A stretch of DNA of 64,000 nucleotides from Eledone cirrhosa. Its lineage: Eukaryota. Made by a program: the position numbers and the translations under genes. Location of the stretch: NCBI GenBank assembly GCA_964016885.1, contig OZ024743.1, positions 44,888,001 to 44,952,000 on the forward strand, written 5' to 3'. Below are positions 1-12,850 of the stretch, one piece after another (the stretch's first letter is position 1; the number at the start of each line of letters is the position of its first letter). Under the pieces are notes generated by a model. The model searched no databases, was not told the DNA's origin, and saw only the letters and a program-made list of their open reading frames with translations.

Positions 1-870
1 TTCGACACCATCACGGTGATGTCGTCCGCATAAGCCGACACCGCCTTTCCACGTCCCGTTTCGAGCGGGATGCCCTGCAACAGCTCCAGCTTCCGCAGTA
101 AAGGCTCGACAGTCAATACGTACAGAAGGGAAGAGAGAGGGCACCCTTGACGGAGCGATCGGGAGAGCCGAAATGGTTGCGAGAGGTGGCCATTAACCTT
201 GACCACCGAGCGTGTGCCTCTGTGCATTGCAACGATCCAGCTTCTAAAGACAGGGCCGAAGCCGGCTGCTTTGAGGACAAACTCCAGATACCGATGGTCG
301 ACCCTATCGAATGCTTTCGATTGATCTAAATTGATCAGTGCCCCACCGAAGCCAGGTTTACACCCTACTCTCTCTATGATGTATCGCATGAGGTGGAGAT
401 TGTCGTGTATGGACCTGGCTGGGATTGCGCAAGTTTGCGCCTCCCCAACCAAATCCTCGACGACAAGCGCCAATCTCTTTGCTAACACCTTGGCCAAAAT
501 CTTAAACTCTGTTGAGCAGAGTTATGGGCCTGAAGTTGTCTAATATATTCCTCTTGTTCTCGTCTTTCCTTATCAGCGACACCACTCCCCTGCTCACAGA
601 ACTGGGAATACTCCCATTCTGCTGCCAGTTACAGTAGAGTGCTTCGAGGAGTTCGGAGAACAAGTCTGGCATATTTACGTAAAGCTCCTAGGGCAGGCCA
701 TCCAAACCGGGTGACTTGCGCCTCATGCAGCCGACAAGGGCGTCCTGAATTTTGGCTGAAGTAATCGGCCTTTCGCAGCGCTCAGCGTCGACCGTCGAGA
801 TGCGCGGCAATCCGTCAAGGTAGGGACTGAAATCCGCTACTCTCTCTGACTCGCCACTCTCCCTGAACAA
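1..870 (-). mobile_element. Degenerate Tx1/L1-clade non-LTR retrotransposon, reverse transcriptase region (runs off the window)
   Basis: Minus-strand translation gives RKSPGLDGLP, LINLDQSKAFDRVD, RQGCPLSSLLY and VSAYADDITV (YADD at 21-32), with stops and frameshifts. Confidence 0.85.
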
Positions 871-1330
871 CCGAAAGTCCTTCCGAAGAGATTGGCTAGT
901 TGATTTTCGTCAACGCCAAGAGTTTCCCCAAGTACGTCGTCGCTCTTCCCCTCCATTAATCCTCTATAGAACGCCAAGATGGAGTTTTCACCGATCACAT
1001 TGCCCGATTGGTCGAGGGCTGTGAGCGCCTGAAGACATTCCAGTCTCCAAGCGCTCCCTCTCGGTCTTCGCTTGACCCAGGACTGCAGCTCCGCCAAGGA
1101 GACGAGCTGGGGAAAGACGCGTCTAGCAAACGGTGACCACACCTGATCACCGTCGAGGAAGAGGTGGAGATGTCGTAGGCTGAGCGCGTGTCTGCGCATC
1201 ATCAGCCACGGCATTCCCAGCTCTCAACGTAGCGGGTGTTGACAGCAGATGGACCGCCTGACCATCGGAGCGCGTCCCTTCCATAAAAAGCGAAAGACCA
1301 AACGCTCCTGCGCAGTCAGGCGGGGCTTAA
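871..1330 (-). mobile_element. Tx1/L1-clade ORF2 post-RT fragment
   Basis: LVFRFLWKGRAPMVRRSICCQHPLR*ELGMPWL matches the FLW...GGLG.P post-RT motif of L1/Tx1 ORF2. It includes ORF 837-1214. Confidence 0.7.
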
Positions 1331-1335
1331 GGAAA

Positions 1336-1690
1336 TTATTGTGTACAGTGCTCAGGTGCACTACACCTCATCAAAGGTGCATGTATAGTTCACAGAATAA
1401 TATATAAATGTCAGGGAAGTGAATAGTCTATGAGTCATGATATACATGCGTGCGTGTGTACTGTGTACTGTGTACTGTTGGCGAATCTCAGGAAGCATGG
1501 AGGTTTTGAAGGATGTACGTGTGTACTGTGTACTGTTGGCGAATCCCAGTAAGCATGGAGGTTTTGAAGGATGCAGTGTCCCGACAGCTAATAACTGATG
1601 TAGGTAGTTTGTTCCATGCTTCAACAACTCTGAGGGTGCATTTACTAAAGTTGCCTGACGGCATTTACTAAAGTTGCCTATGTGAGGCGT
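1336..1690 (-). mobile_element. 3' end of a CR1/L2-like LINE (second copy)
   Basis: Clearly homologous to 4033-4310 (gtgtacagtgctcaggtgcactacacctcatcaaaggtgcat...). It carries short internal tandem duplications. Confidence 0.7.
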
Positions 1691-1822
1691 TAATGAATAC
1701 ATATTTATCGTCCTTAATATATGTATCTCCATTGAACAAAACGAAAATATTTGATATTCGATCTCTATTCGATAATGTAGAAGACCTCTATAGTATTCAT
1801 AATCGAATGTATTCACAATCAC

Positions 1823-1856
<34 letters not shown>

Positions 1857-1858
<2 letters not shown>

Positions 1859-2813
1859 TAGACATGAAAAATGCGCAAGCTCAAAAGTGCCACAGAATGT
1901 TATAATAAACCTTCAAAAGTGTGGGACTAGAGTTGTTGCTAAAAAATATTGTAATCATTATATATCGTACATTCTGTGGCATCCTTTATAAAAATAGCTT
2001 AAACCAACGAAGCCTTTATTTTTACGCTATTTCACTTAGTTAATTCTTAGAGTGTAACATATAAAAATATGATTTACAACTATAAAATAAATTAATTAAT
2101 ATAATAACAGAGCTGCGGAGCTGAAATTTAGGAAATAAGGGAATATCGGATCCTGAGTTGGAGCCAGTCAATTTTTGGCCGACTCCGCAGCCCTGTATAA
2201 TACATTTCATATTAAAGTTATTAATAAACCTATTTTACACTGCATGCAAATTACCATGAGATATTGATATTAGATATAAGATACAGCGCAATATCTACAG
2301 CTGTAAAAGTACGAAAGCGAAGTAATAATAAGTGGCTTAAGGTAATTCCAATATGAAAGTTTGTAGTGATAAAAATTTGATAATGCAATACGATTGTTAA
2401 TATTATAGTTCTATGAAAATGTAACAATAGATAACTAAATTATTTTACTATTAGTATATTTAAGAAATTATCATTATAGATTTGATCGTTCATATAAGCA
2501 TCATATTAATTTTCAACACAATTATTTTGTTACTATGAGTATATGATAATAATATTACGAAATTATTTATAGCTGTTATTACATTAAACATAGATGTATT
2601 TATTTTTATATGTTACACTCTAAGAATTAACTAAGTGAAATAGCGTAAAAATAAAGGCTTCGTTGGTTTAAGCTATTTTTATAAAGGATGCCACAGAATG
2701 TACGATATATAATGATTACAATATTTTTTAGCAACAACTCTAGTCCCACACTTTTGAAGGTTTATTATAACATTCTGTGGCACTTTTGAGCTTGCGCATT
2801 TTTCATGTCTAGT
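1857..2813. repeat. Fold-back unit with 213-bp inverted arms (1857-2069 / 2601-2813) and a 531-bp spacer
   Basis: The arms read as reverse complements by eye. The left arm abuts a (TA)n tract. Confidence 0.9.
2108..2195. mobile_element. 88-bp hAT-like MITE
   Basis: TIRs cagagctgcggag / ctccgcagccctg match at 12/13. The flanking 8-mers tataataa / tataatac match at 7/8, consistent with an 8-bp TSD. Confidence 0.6.
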
Positions 2814-3370
2814 TTAATATTTTTTTAAGGCAACGCTTGTAATAACTCTAGTTAAAGAGGATATATATTAATAATAAATTATCGTTGTAATGTAATTAGA
2901 TTATGTAATTGTTATTATAAATTATCTTATAAATATTAGTGTAAGATGTATAAAAATATTTTCAGACTTTTAATATAAACAACTACAAAAAACAATCAAT
3001 ATTAAATCAATATATTATACATAATAGAAAACATAAAATAAACAATACAAAAACAAAATATTTACATACAATTGCAATTATCAGTGTATATACATTTTCT
3101 TTATATTCCCTGAGCAAATTAATAAGATTTGTTTTTATTGTACATAATTTGATGACTTGTTGGAGTGTATTAAAAGATAGCAACAATTTATGATTAAATT
3201 GTTATCTTAAGCAACTCACTTTTTAATAGTTGTTGGCTGAGCGAAATTGTAAAAGCCTATGAGCAAATATAAAAAAAAATACACAAACAACATTTCCTTG
3301 TGTTATTACAACATTAGATAAAATAATTGAGCAATGTCGTTATATTTTGCTCTTATTGCATATTAATAGT

Positions 3371-3536
3371 GTTTCTATTTTTCGGCACAAATCCATTACG
3401 GCAGTCCATTACTGGTACTTTATTTTATCGAATTAGTAAGTATGAAAGTCGAAGTTAACCTCGGCAGGATTTGAACTTAGAATGCAAAGGACCATAACAA
3501 TACTGCAAAGCATGGTGTCTGACGCTCTACCAATAC
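3371..3536 (-). mobile_element. tRNA-derived SINE, family A (degenerate)
   Basis: Reverse complement of the family A consensus, with B box gttcaaatcc and core tcgataaaataaagtaccag. Confidence 0.75.
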
Positions 3537-4004
3537 TTGTGTTGAGCTGGTCATTAATTTATGGTGGTCGTGCGTGGAGTAGAGCAATCGCTAGTTGAAA
3601 TATTATGAACAAAACATTTTTATTTGCCGAAGAACATATTTTCAATACTGTTTGTGAATGTGACGAAGGAAATACATTCTGATATGGAACAGTGTACAAA
3701 GTGTGTCTGTGAATAACATAATGTTACCTCATGTTGTTGTCAAGACATAATGGATTTCGTATATCCAGTTAGAAGATGAAACCTAGCCATCTCGGATTAG
3801 TTATATTTCATGCCATGTGTAAACGTGTTTGAGGATAGCAAAATATGCGTGTTTCTTGTCTGGAAATTTTCTGCTAAACTGATTGGTTTCGTTTTTGGCA
3901 CTATACAATACTCATCCAACAGATAGCTGTATTGGATCCTTGATTGGTTAATATTTAGGTGAGGGTGCTTGATGCAGAGTTAGTGCAAAATGGATCAATG
4001 AGTG

Positions 4005-4660
4005 TAATAATAATAATGATAATAATAATGAAAATATTGTGTACAATGCTGAGGTGCACTACAACTCATCAAAAGTGCATATATAATACATAGGGTAATA
4101 TAAAAACGTCAGGAAAAAAGAACAGTGCATGAGTCATGATATACACATATGTGCATGTGTATGGAAGGGGGACATCAGGTGTAGTTTTGGTGTATTTCGG
4201 AATGTATGATGGTTTTAAAGGATGCAGTGTGTCATCAGCTAACAACTGATGCAGGAAGTTTGTTCCATCCTTCAGCAACTCTGAGCATGAAGAAATATTT
4301 CCTAAAGTCATGGGAGCTGTGTTGTTTTCTGACTTTGTAGGCATGTCCACGTGTTAGACACATGGAGATCAAAAAGGTGTTCGGGGTTGTTGTTGGTCGG
4401 ATGGTTAATAACTTTGTGGGTGTTTACCAAGTCCATTGCCAGAGGGAAGCAAAATATTCAGGGTATGGTAGGTGTCTGATGGAGGGTATGCGCTTGGTTG
4501 CATGTCTCTGAACAGTTTCCAGGAGGTCAATGTTCTGAGCAAGATAGGGGTTCCAGACTGATGACGCGAACTCCAAGTGTATTCGTACCATAGATGTATA
4601 CAGCTTTAAATAGATGGCTGGAGAGCAGCTAATGAAGGTCTTGCTGATTGATGCCAAGTC
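4005..4660 (-). mobile_element. 5'-truncated CR1/L2-like LINE 3' end with (ATT)n tail
   Basis: ORF 4424-4657 reads LYTSMVRIHLEFASSVWNPY...LLETVQRHATKRIP, the typical CR1/L2 post-RT motif. A trinucleotide tail lies at 4005-4030. Confidence 0.8.
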
Positions 4661-4842
4661 AATCTTAATAAATTGACTGATTTATCTGTTCACTACTGCT
4701 AATCCACCGCTGTTTGTACAATTTTTTAGATAATGTCAATTTGAGCTTGAATCATTGGCGTAATGAAATTTGAAAAGATTATAAGCAAATCTTTTTTAAA
4801 ATACACAGACAACATTTAACTGTATCGTTGCAACATTAGATC

Positions 4843-5024
4843 TAATAATTGTTTCTACTTTAGGCACAAGGCCAGCAATTACCCAGTGCATTACTGGTAC
4901 TTTATTTTATCTACCCCGTAAGGATGAAAGGCAAAGTCAACCTCGGCAGGATTTGAACTCAGATCGTAAAGGGACGTAACTATGCTGGAAAGCATGGCAT
5001 CCGACCCTCTACCAATACTGCCAA
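4843..5024 (-). mobile_element. tRNA-derived SINE, family A
   Basis: A-box-like tggcagtattggt, B box gagttcaaatcc and central gcctttcatccttacgggg domain. Confidence 0.9.
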
Positions 5025-5050
5025 AATAATGGAGCAACATTTGTGCAGAA

Positions 5051-5515
5051 TTATTGTTTGTGCAATAAGATATTTGCAGATCTGTACTCGGTCTGCTCTT
5101 TAGCCAACTCGGTACGTTTAGAAGCTCTACGCTCGGCTTGCTTTTGAGATATAATAGCTGAATTTGCAGATCTATACTTGGCCTGCTTGTTTGCCAACTC
5201 ATACCGTTTTGAACATCTATCTTTGGCCTGTTTTTGTGTTAATTTAGCAAAATTCACAGCTCTATAATCGGCCTGTTTTTGTCTCAACTTCTCCCGATTC
5301 CGCATCCGGTAAGCTGCTTTCACATCCAATTTAATACGCCCATCTAGATTATTAGCACAGGAATGTGAACAAGCTTGTGGGACCGCATCATTGTAAGTAT
5401 ATGAACTGCCTGCAACATCAAGACCCAATTCACAAGTGCAGCGTTGCTCATTCACATCGGCAGTGGGGACACCAAAATCAGTGACAGGTCTCGATTCACT
5501 CGCGAGATACATCAC
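5051..5515 (-). other. ORF fragment with 15-aa basic helical repeats, origin unknown (possibly TE-derived)
   Basis: KQADYRAVNFAKLTQ / KQAKDRCSKRYELAN / KQAKYRSANSAIISQ / KQAERRASKRTELAK / EQTEYRSAN. Confidence 0.4.
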
Positions 5516-5543
5516 AGCTACACTATATATTTAAACATATATA

Positions 5544-5602
5544 CAGTGATACCTCGCTACTTGGCGGTTCAACTATCGCGGATTCACGATTTCGCGCAGT
5601 TT
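5544..5602 (+). mobile_element. Single Tc1/mariner (Tigger/pogo-like) terminal sequence
   Basis: TA followed by cagtgatacctcgctac...cgcggattcacgatttcgcg resembles pogo/Tigger MITE termini. No partner end was seen. Confidence 0.45.
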
Positions 5603-5681
5603 TAGAATATATATATGAACACCTAAAATTTTTCATTAAATCCATTAAAATATTAATAATAAACACAGTTCTAATCATACG

Positions 5682-5722
<41 letters not shown>

Positions 5723-5810
5723 TAAGTAATTAATACCGTATAAATGGTACAAAGACTGTTTATGTAAAATGTATTTCTCAACAGAGTATTGAATACTTAG
5801 GAGAAATTCA

Positions 5811-6121
<311 letters not shown>

Positions 6122-7199
6122 TCTAGTCCTTCGCTCAAGATTAATCTATAAGTTTAGATGTCTGCCTTCGTTTAAGTAAATATTACAGTAAGATTTTTAA
6201 TATAAACAACTACAAAAAACAATTAATATTAAAACGAAAAAATTATCAATGATAAAAGAAGCGGATGCAACTTTTTTTTTTATAAAGTTATATTCCTGTT
6301 TCTTTAAAGAACATTTCATTTTTGTTATATTGTAGGCGAAATAATGCAATGGTTTAATAGGGAAGATATAACTTACCAATTATGTCTCTAACCGTGTAAC
6401 GCTTTTTAAGTAGATAACTACAATTGAAAATACTAAAGAAATGGAACCAACAATTCAATTTGAAAGTCGTCTACTTATAGTGACAGTGTATTACTGGTAC
6501 TTTATTTTATCGACCCCGTAACGATGAAATGCAAATGCTTAAAATTTAAATTGCCTTAATTCTATCGTCTGCTGTTTCATTAAAGGGAGATTCTCGTCTG
6601 TATTTAATTCTATCGTCTACTGTTCCACTAAACAGATATACCTCCACTATCGTCTCTATTTATACATTTTAACTTATAACTTATACACATTTGATTTGAA
6701 ATATTTTATCTAGTCCCCCCTCTCAATATTATGATGATTTCTTTCGAATGAAACAGTTCTAGTCCTGTAGAAGCCATTTATATATATAATTGAACTGAGT
6801 TAAAAATTCACAATATTTATAATTAAATAAGCTCATATATATATGTGTGTATTTATCTGTTTATTGTATTATATATAATGTGTGTATATACAGGATGTCC
6901 CCCAAAAATATATACACACTTCAACAGCATTCTAATAACTATTGCCTGTACAGGTAATCAAAGTGTCAATCGAATGTTAGTTTCGTGTTTTAACAGTACA
7001 AATTTACAATACACACATAAAACCAGTGTATATACATACATGAGTGTGTATACACATACATGAATGTGTATATACAATATATATGTATATATATATAGAC
7101 ACATATATTCACGGTGCAACGGAACATTAAAATATAGATGCGGGAGGGGGGTGTATATATAGGGGCGCTGGGGATAAAGGAGTTTAAAGCGTGTGTAAT

Positions 7200-7450
7200 T
7201 GATATATTGAAGGAGAGGAGCGTGCAGCGATAGAGTAACAAATATATAGAGAGGGGGAGAGATGGTATTGAAGGGGAGGAGTGCAAAGCGAAAGAGTAAG
7301 AGAGATATATATATATAGAGACGGAACAGATAGAGAGAAACAGGCGTAAGTAACAGTGGAAGAGATATATAGAGAGGGGGAAATGTGTTATTGAAGGGGA
7401 GGAGTGTAAAGCGAAAGCGTAAGATATATATAGAGAGAGGGGGAATAGTA
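7200..7450. repeat. Degenerate purine-rich minisatellite (~60-bp units)
   Basis: Recurring tattgaaggggaggagtg.aaagcgaaag.gtaag and atatatagagaggggg blocks. Confidence 0.6.
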
Positions 7451-7571
7451 TATATATATATATATATATATATATCAACACTTACTCTGATTGGTTGAAA
7501 ATTAGCCAATGACATACGATCACCACCACCACGGCTATCCCCGAAAAATTTATGAAGATGTTAGGCATATA

Positions 7572-7625
7572 TGTTAGAACACGAAAAGTGAACATTCTGT
7601 TGTTTCACACTTTTCGTGTTCTAAC

Positions 7626-7626
<1 letters not shown>
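7572..7626. repeat. Hairpin with 19-bp perfect arms next to (TA)n
   Basis: tgttagaacacgaaaagtg ... cacttttcgtgttctaaca. Confidence 0.8.
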
Positions 7627-7673
<47 letters not shown>

Positions 7674-7746
7674 CCATACTTACGTTTCAAAACAGCAATA
7701 TCAATTATGTCTGTCGAATTGTACACTTGAAATAGTAGGAAAAGAT

Positions 7747-7785
7747 CCTTAACGTTTCGGACAATAATCCTTCATCCGAAGATAG
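7747..7785 (-). ncRNA. Degenerate minimal hammerhead ribozyme motif
   Basis: Minus strand reads tctt-CGGATGA-aggattattgtcc-GAAA-cgt-TA-agga, with a U4->G change in the core. Confidence 0.4.
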
Positions 7786-8523
7786 ATATAAAAAGAGAAA
7801 CATAAAAAGTGAGAAGATGAAGGAACGGGGGGTAATAAGAAAAAACAATGGGAAAAGACACAGTCAGCCATATATATATGTGTGTGTGTGTGCGAGCGCG
7901 CGTATGTGCGTGTGTGTGTGTTTTACTCTTCAGCTTGTTAATGTCCTGCAACCTAACATTTCGACAAAATCAGATCGATAGAATAATTATTTAACTGGAA
8001 AATAATAAGTACTGGGATAAATGTGATCGAGCTAATCATGGCCCGACGTGGTCGTAGAATAATAATAGAAATTTGTTTTTTTAATACGTGAATAAAAGAA
8101 TATCTCACACAATTTGTTACGGTATATATATTGGCTATGTATTACTTCAGACTGACAAGAACCATCAATTAATTCAGCTGGTCTTTATATATCTATATCT
8201 ATATATATATGAAGGGGTGCTTGTGTGTGTATGTGTGTGCTTGTATGTGTGTGTATGTGTGTATGTATGTGTGTGTACATGTGTGTGTACATGTATGTGT
8301 ACAAATAAGACTGTTGATTGCCTTAACCCGCAAAGAAAACTCAGATTTTCTTAACTCGTAAACAAAGCGCTCAAAATTCGTGCTACCCTGCTCTCATAAC
8401 CCCGTCTAAACCAATCCCCGACCTGACCAGATTCCACAAACCAGACATGGGCCATCCACCAAATGGGCAAAACAGACGTGTTCAAGCTGCGCCTGTCATA
8501 TTATCTATTTTCTATATAATGAT

Positions 8524-8726
8524 TTCTAGTATAGGCACAATGCCAGTAATTTTGTTGGGGGGGGGGGGGGGGGAGGGAAAGTCGATTAAATCGACCCAGT
8601 ACGTTACTCGTGCTTTATTTTATCGACACCGTAAGGATAAAAGGCAAAGTTCACCGTAAAGGGGTGTAACTCTATGCTGCAAAGCATGGTGTCCGACTCT
8701 CTACCGATACTGCCAATCCACCACCC
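8524..8726 (-). mobile_element. tRNA-derived SINE, family A long variant
   Basis: Family A sequence with an extra gtcgatttaatcgac hairpin and poly-C tract. Confidence 0.8.
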
Positions 8727-9043
8727 TTTATAATAAACCTGTATAATAAAATAATTATTATCTACAGCGATTACAACCACAAACGTATTTGGCCGTGCTC
8801 CACTATCTCCTTAAGTACCTCAATTGTAAAGTCACCTATGTTAACCAGCGAGACAAAATAAGCCTAACGGCATGATATAGGGTATCGAGAAGCTTTTATC
8901 AAAGAAAAAGACATAGCCCATACAACACCGGAAGATAAAACCAAACTATTATTGAAATAAACGAACTTGTTAAAGGATGAATATTATTAATACATAAATA
9001 TGATATACAAAAGCAATATAAAATTAAGCACATACTTCAAACC

Positions 9044-9222
9044 GCAGTATCAGTAGAGGGTTGGATGCCATGCTTTCCAGCATAGAGTTATGGCCCTTTA
9101 TGTTCTGAGTTCAAATCCTGCCGAGGTTAACTTTGCCTTTCATCCTAACGGGGTCGATAAAATAAAGTACCAGTAATGCACTGGGCTAATTGTTGGCCTT
9201 GTGCCAAAAGTAGAAACTATTA
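9044..9222 (+). mobile_element. tRNA-derived SINE, family A
   Basis: A/B boxes, central domain and ...gtagaaac tail. Confidence 0.9.
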
Positions 9223-9518
9223 TAAACATGTATATGCATCTACACATACACACACACGGATATAAACACACAAATAAGATCAAAATAAACAAATAGAAAT
9301 TTACAAAATTATTTTACCAAATTAAATTTACTGCAATATCATTGGTGCTTCCTATCCAATAAAAATTGGTCTGCTGTCTGGCTAGCGTAAAAAAAAGGAA
9401 TAAACAAAGAAAAAAGAAACAAAGAAAAAAGTCAGACCAGATCCAAGCCCTCATCCTCCCACTACTGCCATATCACAAAATTCAAAGAGCCAGAACTCGA
9501 ACGGCAAAGAATAATCGT

Positions 9519-9739
9519 TTCTTATATAGGCACAAGGCCACCAATTTTGGGGGAGGGGAAAGTCGATCAAATCGACCCCAGTACTGTCTGGTACTTTATT
9601 TTATCGACCCTGTAAGGATGAAAGACAAAGTTAACCTCGGCGGAATTTGAAAGTTAACCTCGGCGGAATTTAAAGGGCCGTAACTCTTTGCTGTAAAGCA
9701 TGGCCTCAGACCCTCAAACGATACTGCCAATCCACCGCC
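9519..9739 (-). mobile_element. tRNA-derived SINE, family A long variant
   Basis: Family A sequence with an internal tandem duplication of aaagttaacctcggcggaattt. Confidence 0.85.
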
Positions 9740-10301
9740 AATAATGAGAGCAAGAAATGGAAAAGAACTGTGGCCACTTATTTAGGCATCACCCACGCAT
9801 TCACATGTATTGCACTTGTTATATAGAAGAAAAGATGGAAAATGGTTTAGAAAGAGAGTGAATATAAGATATTGGACAGATGTGAAACAAAACGAGTCTA
9901 TGAGAACATCATAAGAACGACGACGGTGGTGATGGCAATCCTTGGTATTCAATCTAAGAGCAGACGATTCTTAATGATGATGGTGATAACAACATTGATG
10001 ACGATGATGCCGGTGATAGTGATCGTGGTGGTTATGATTACAACGACGATAATAATGTTGATGCTGATTTCAATGATAATGACGACATAGTTTATCGATT
10101 TCTATTTATAGAATGTTCTGTTTTACCATTCTTTTGACGTAATTATATTATTATATTTTGGATTATTATTATTTTCTGAAATATCAACTGTGAAATGTCA
10201 TTTTACACTTTCTTCGATATTATTCAATTGTTTGTTTTTTAAAGTTTTCTATTCCTAACAAATAAAATATATTAATTTAATTGATTATTTACAATAGATA
10301 T

Positions 10302-10483
10302 ATTGGCAGTATCGGTAGAGGGTCGGACGCCATGCTTTGCAGCACTGTTACGTCCCTTTACGGACTGACTTCAAAACCCGCCGAGGTTAACTTTGCCTTT
10401 CATCCTTACGGGGTCGATAAAATAAAGTACCAGTAATACACTGGGATAATTGCTGGCCTTGTGCCAAAAGTAGAAACAATTAT
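10302..10483 (+). mobile_element. tRNA-derived SINE, family A, with TSD
   Basis: Flanked by the direct repeat tttacaatagatat. Confidence 0.9.
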
Positions 10484-11091
10484 TTACAATAGATATTTTT
10501 CTGTATCATTGAATCATTTCTGCAATTTCGCCTGAATTTACTTAAACTTTTCTTCATGTAACTCCCATGATTTGTTTTTATACGAGAGATATTAGTTATT
10601 GACATCTAGATAATCTTATTTACTATTTATTTTCTATACGTCAACGCTATCTTTAGTTGATTCTTGCAGTTTTAAACGTTGTGGTGTTTTGCTTTGTTTT
10701 GTATTTCAAATATTTCTTCCGCAATGCAACAAAACATTCATTACGTCGATGTGAAAAATCGTATCTTTTGCAAATTTCAAACAAATATACACAAAAACGT
10801 ACACCTCATATATATATATTAGAATGTTGTTGTAGGGGACTAAATCTTGTATTGGTTTGAAATCACTACGAAGACGTGATGGTGACACTGAAGAATTGAC
10901 GATTCTATACCATTAAAAGTAAGAGGCGAAACCTCCCATTATCAGTGCAATGGAATAATTTGTTCATGAAATTATATTTAAACATATATATATATATGTG
11001 TGTGTGTGTGTGCGTGCGCGCGCGTGTTTTAGGTAATTCCGAAGGAAAAGCAAAGGGAAAAAGAGTGCTCTATGCATAGAACAGAGCTATT

Positions 11092-11275
11092 TAATTAGAA
11101 AGTGTACAACACAAAATATAACTATTCGATTACCAAAAATTTCTGGATCACAGACGATAATAATATAATATACGTCAGGATCGATCCAGCCGTATATATT
11201 ATATTATTATCGTCTGTGCTCCAGAAACCTTTGGTAATGGAGTAGTTATATTTTGTGTTGTACACTTTCTAATTA
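11092..11275. repeat. Imperfect palindrome with ~84-bp arms and a 16-bp centre, abutting (TA)n
   Basis: taattagaaagtgtacaacacaaaatataact... and its reverse complement. The centre contains ggatcgatcc. Confidence 0.85.
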
Positions 11276-11289
11276 GATATATATATATA

Positions 11290-11322
<33 letters not shown>

Positions 11323-11325
11323 GTG

Positions 11326-11384
<59 letters not shown>

Positions 11385-12639
11385 GTATTTGTGTGTATTT
11401 GTTTTACTTTTTCCGTGAATTTCCATTTTCTTTCCTCTTTTTTATCATCAAATCTATCAAATCTACTGACGTTTTTCTTGATTGTCACCTTGCCTTGGCC
11501 GTTTCACTCCTACTATCACTTTTTTTCCCTGCTTACAACTCCTTCTCTTGTGTTATTTGAATGACTTGTGTAATACATTTTTATCACTGTTCTAAATGTA
11601 TTTCTCTGATAACATTCGTAAACAATTCTTATTTCTCTGAAATAAACGTGTTGCCAGAATCATAAGACTTCTCTTGTTCCTCCCGGCGTAAAAACAGATT
11701 CCACTTTGTAAAATCGCAGTAAAGTATTTTATTTTTAATGTTGCCCTATACCATGCTAGCATTAGTTACAAAAGAATCGTAAAAGTATGTTATTGAAAAA
11801 AAACGACAAACTAAATAAAAACACGTGACATTCTTGTAGCCGATGTCAAAGTTGGACAAATTCCTCATGGACAGGAACATTTCTAAAGCAAAGAAAACTG
11901 TCTGAATAAGCGTATGGTTAAATAGAGTTTGGTTCGGATCTAAATGATTATATTCCGGCTAAAACAGGCATTTCCAATTACTGTTGACATTAGTTAAATC
12001 AATGTAATATTCCTCTGAACTTGGTTTAAGTACTTCTATGTCTACAATGAATGTTTACACACTTTTGCATGAAATGTTATTGATTGTTTGACGAGTAGCA
12101 ATTAGTGCAAACTCAGAAGTAAACCTCCAGCAACTCCATGACAAGATAGGTTTTTAAAGCTGTACAATCTATTCAATATACAAAACCTTACAATGTACTG
12201 AAAGGCCATTGACATTATATAAATATAATTGAGCAGTATCTAATAAAAACAAAACACACTATTAAAGTGAACAGAAAAAGTATATGAAAACAAGAAACAA
12301 AGAAAGGGGGAGGTGGAGAGACAGTCACTATACCTCAGTCTGAGCGGTGCCGTAGCCGTGCCCCACGGACAGAACGGCGTTACCGCGGAGAATAGCCAGA
12401 GATACATATTTCCACAACCACTCCACATCACGGGGTTTCCTCCCGAAGGTTTTCCGAATTTACGGAGGAAATCAGCTGTGCGGGGATAAAGGATGATAGA
12501 GGTCTCAACGTAGACAGATGCAAAAAGGAAACTGTCAGTCAGGCTTATTTACTGGTGGAAAACCTTTCCCTTTACTTGCCCTATAGAGAGATCATTACTC
12601 TAAAGTCCTTACCTATTTACAAACAACTTGTGTTGACGG

Positions 12640-12850
12640 AAACTATGTGACAATCCATTAAATGGCTTTTATTCGAATTTAAAAAGTCTAACCTTGAAAC
12701 ATATCAAGTTATGCTGATTCTCACTGAAAATCATGTTAAGGGTACACGTGTCTTTGGAATACTTATGAATTATATCATGACTTGGACGTTTATTTCATCA
12801 ACAGCCGAATGCCCGTAGTCGAAATTGACAGTGGATCCATCATCAATGCA
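12640..12850 (-). mobile_element. Old interspersed repeat, family C (degenerate SINE-like)
   Basis: Shares cacagacacgtgtaccctt and gacgatga..gttccagttg-like blocks with 15420-15625, 17385-17560, 23780-23900 and 44860-45010. Confidence 0.45.

Noticed and set aside
6891-6930. Mariner-like terminus (ta-caggatgtccc)
   Set aside because: Too short and no partner TIR was found.
12345-12560. GC-richer patch, possibly a LINE 3' end
   Set aside because: No convincing protein motif was recognised.
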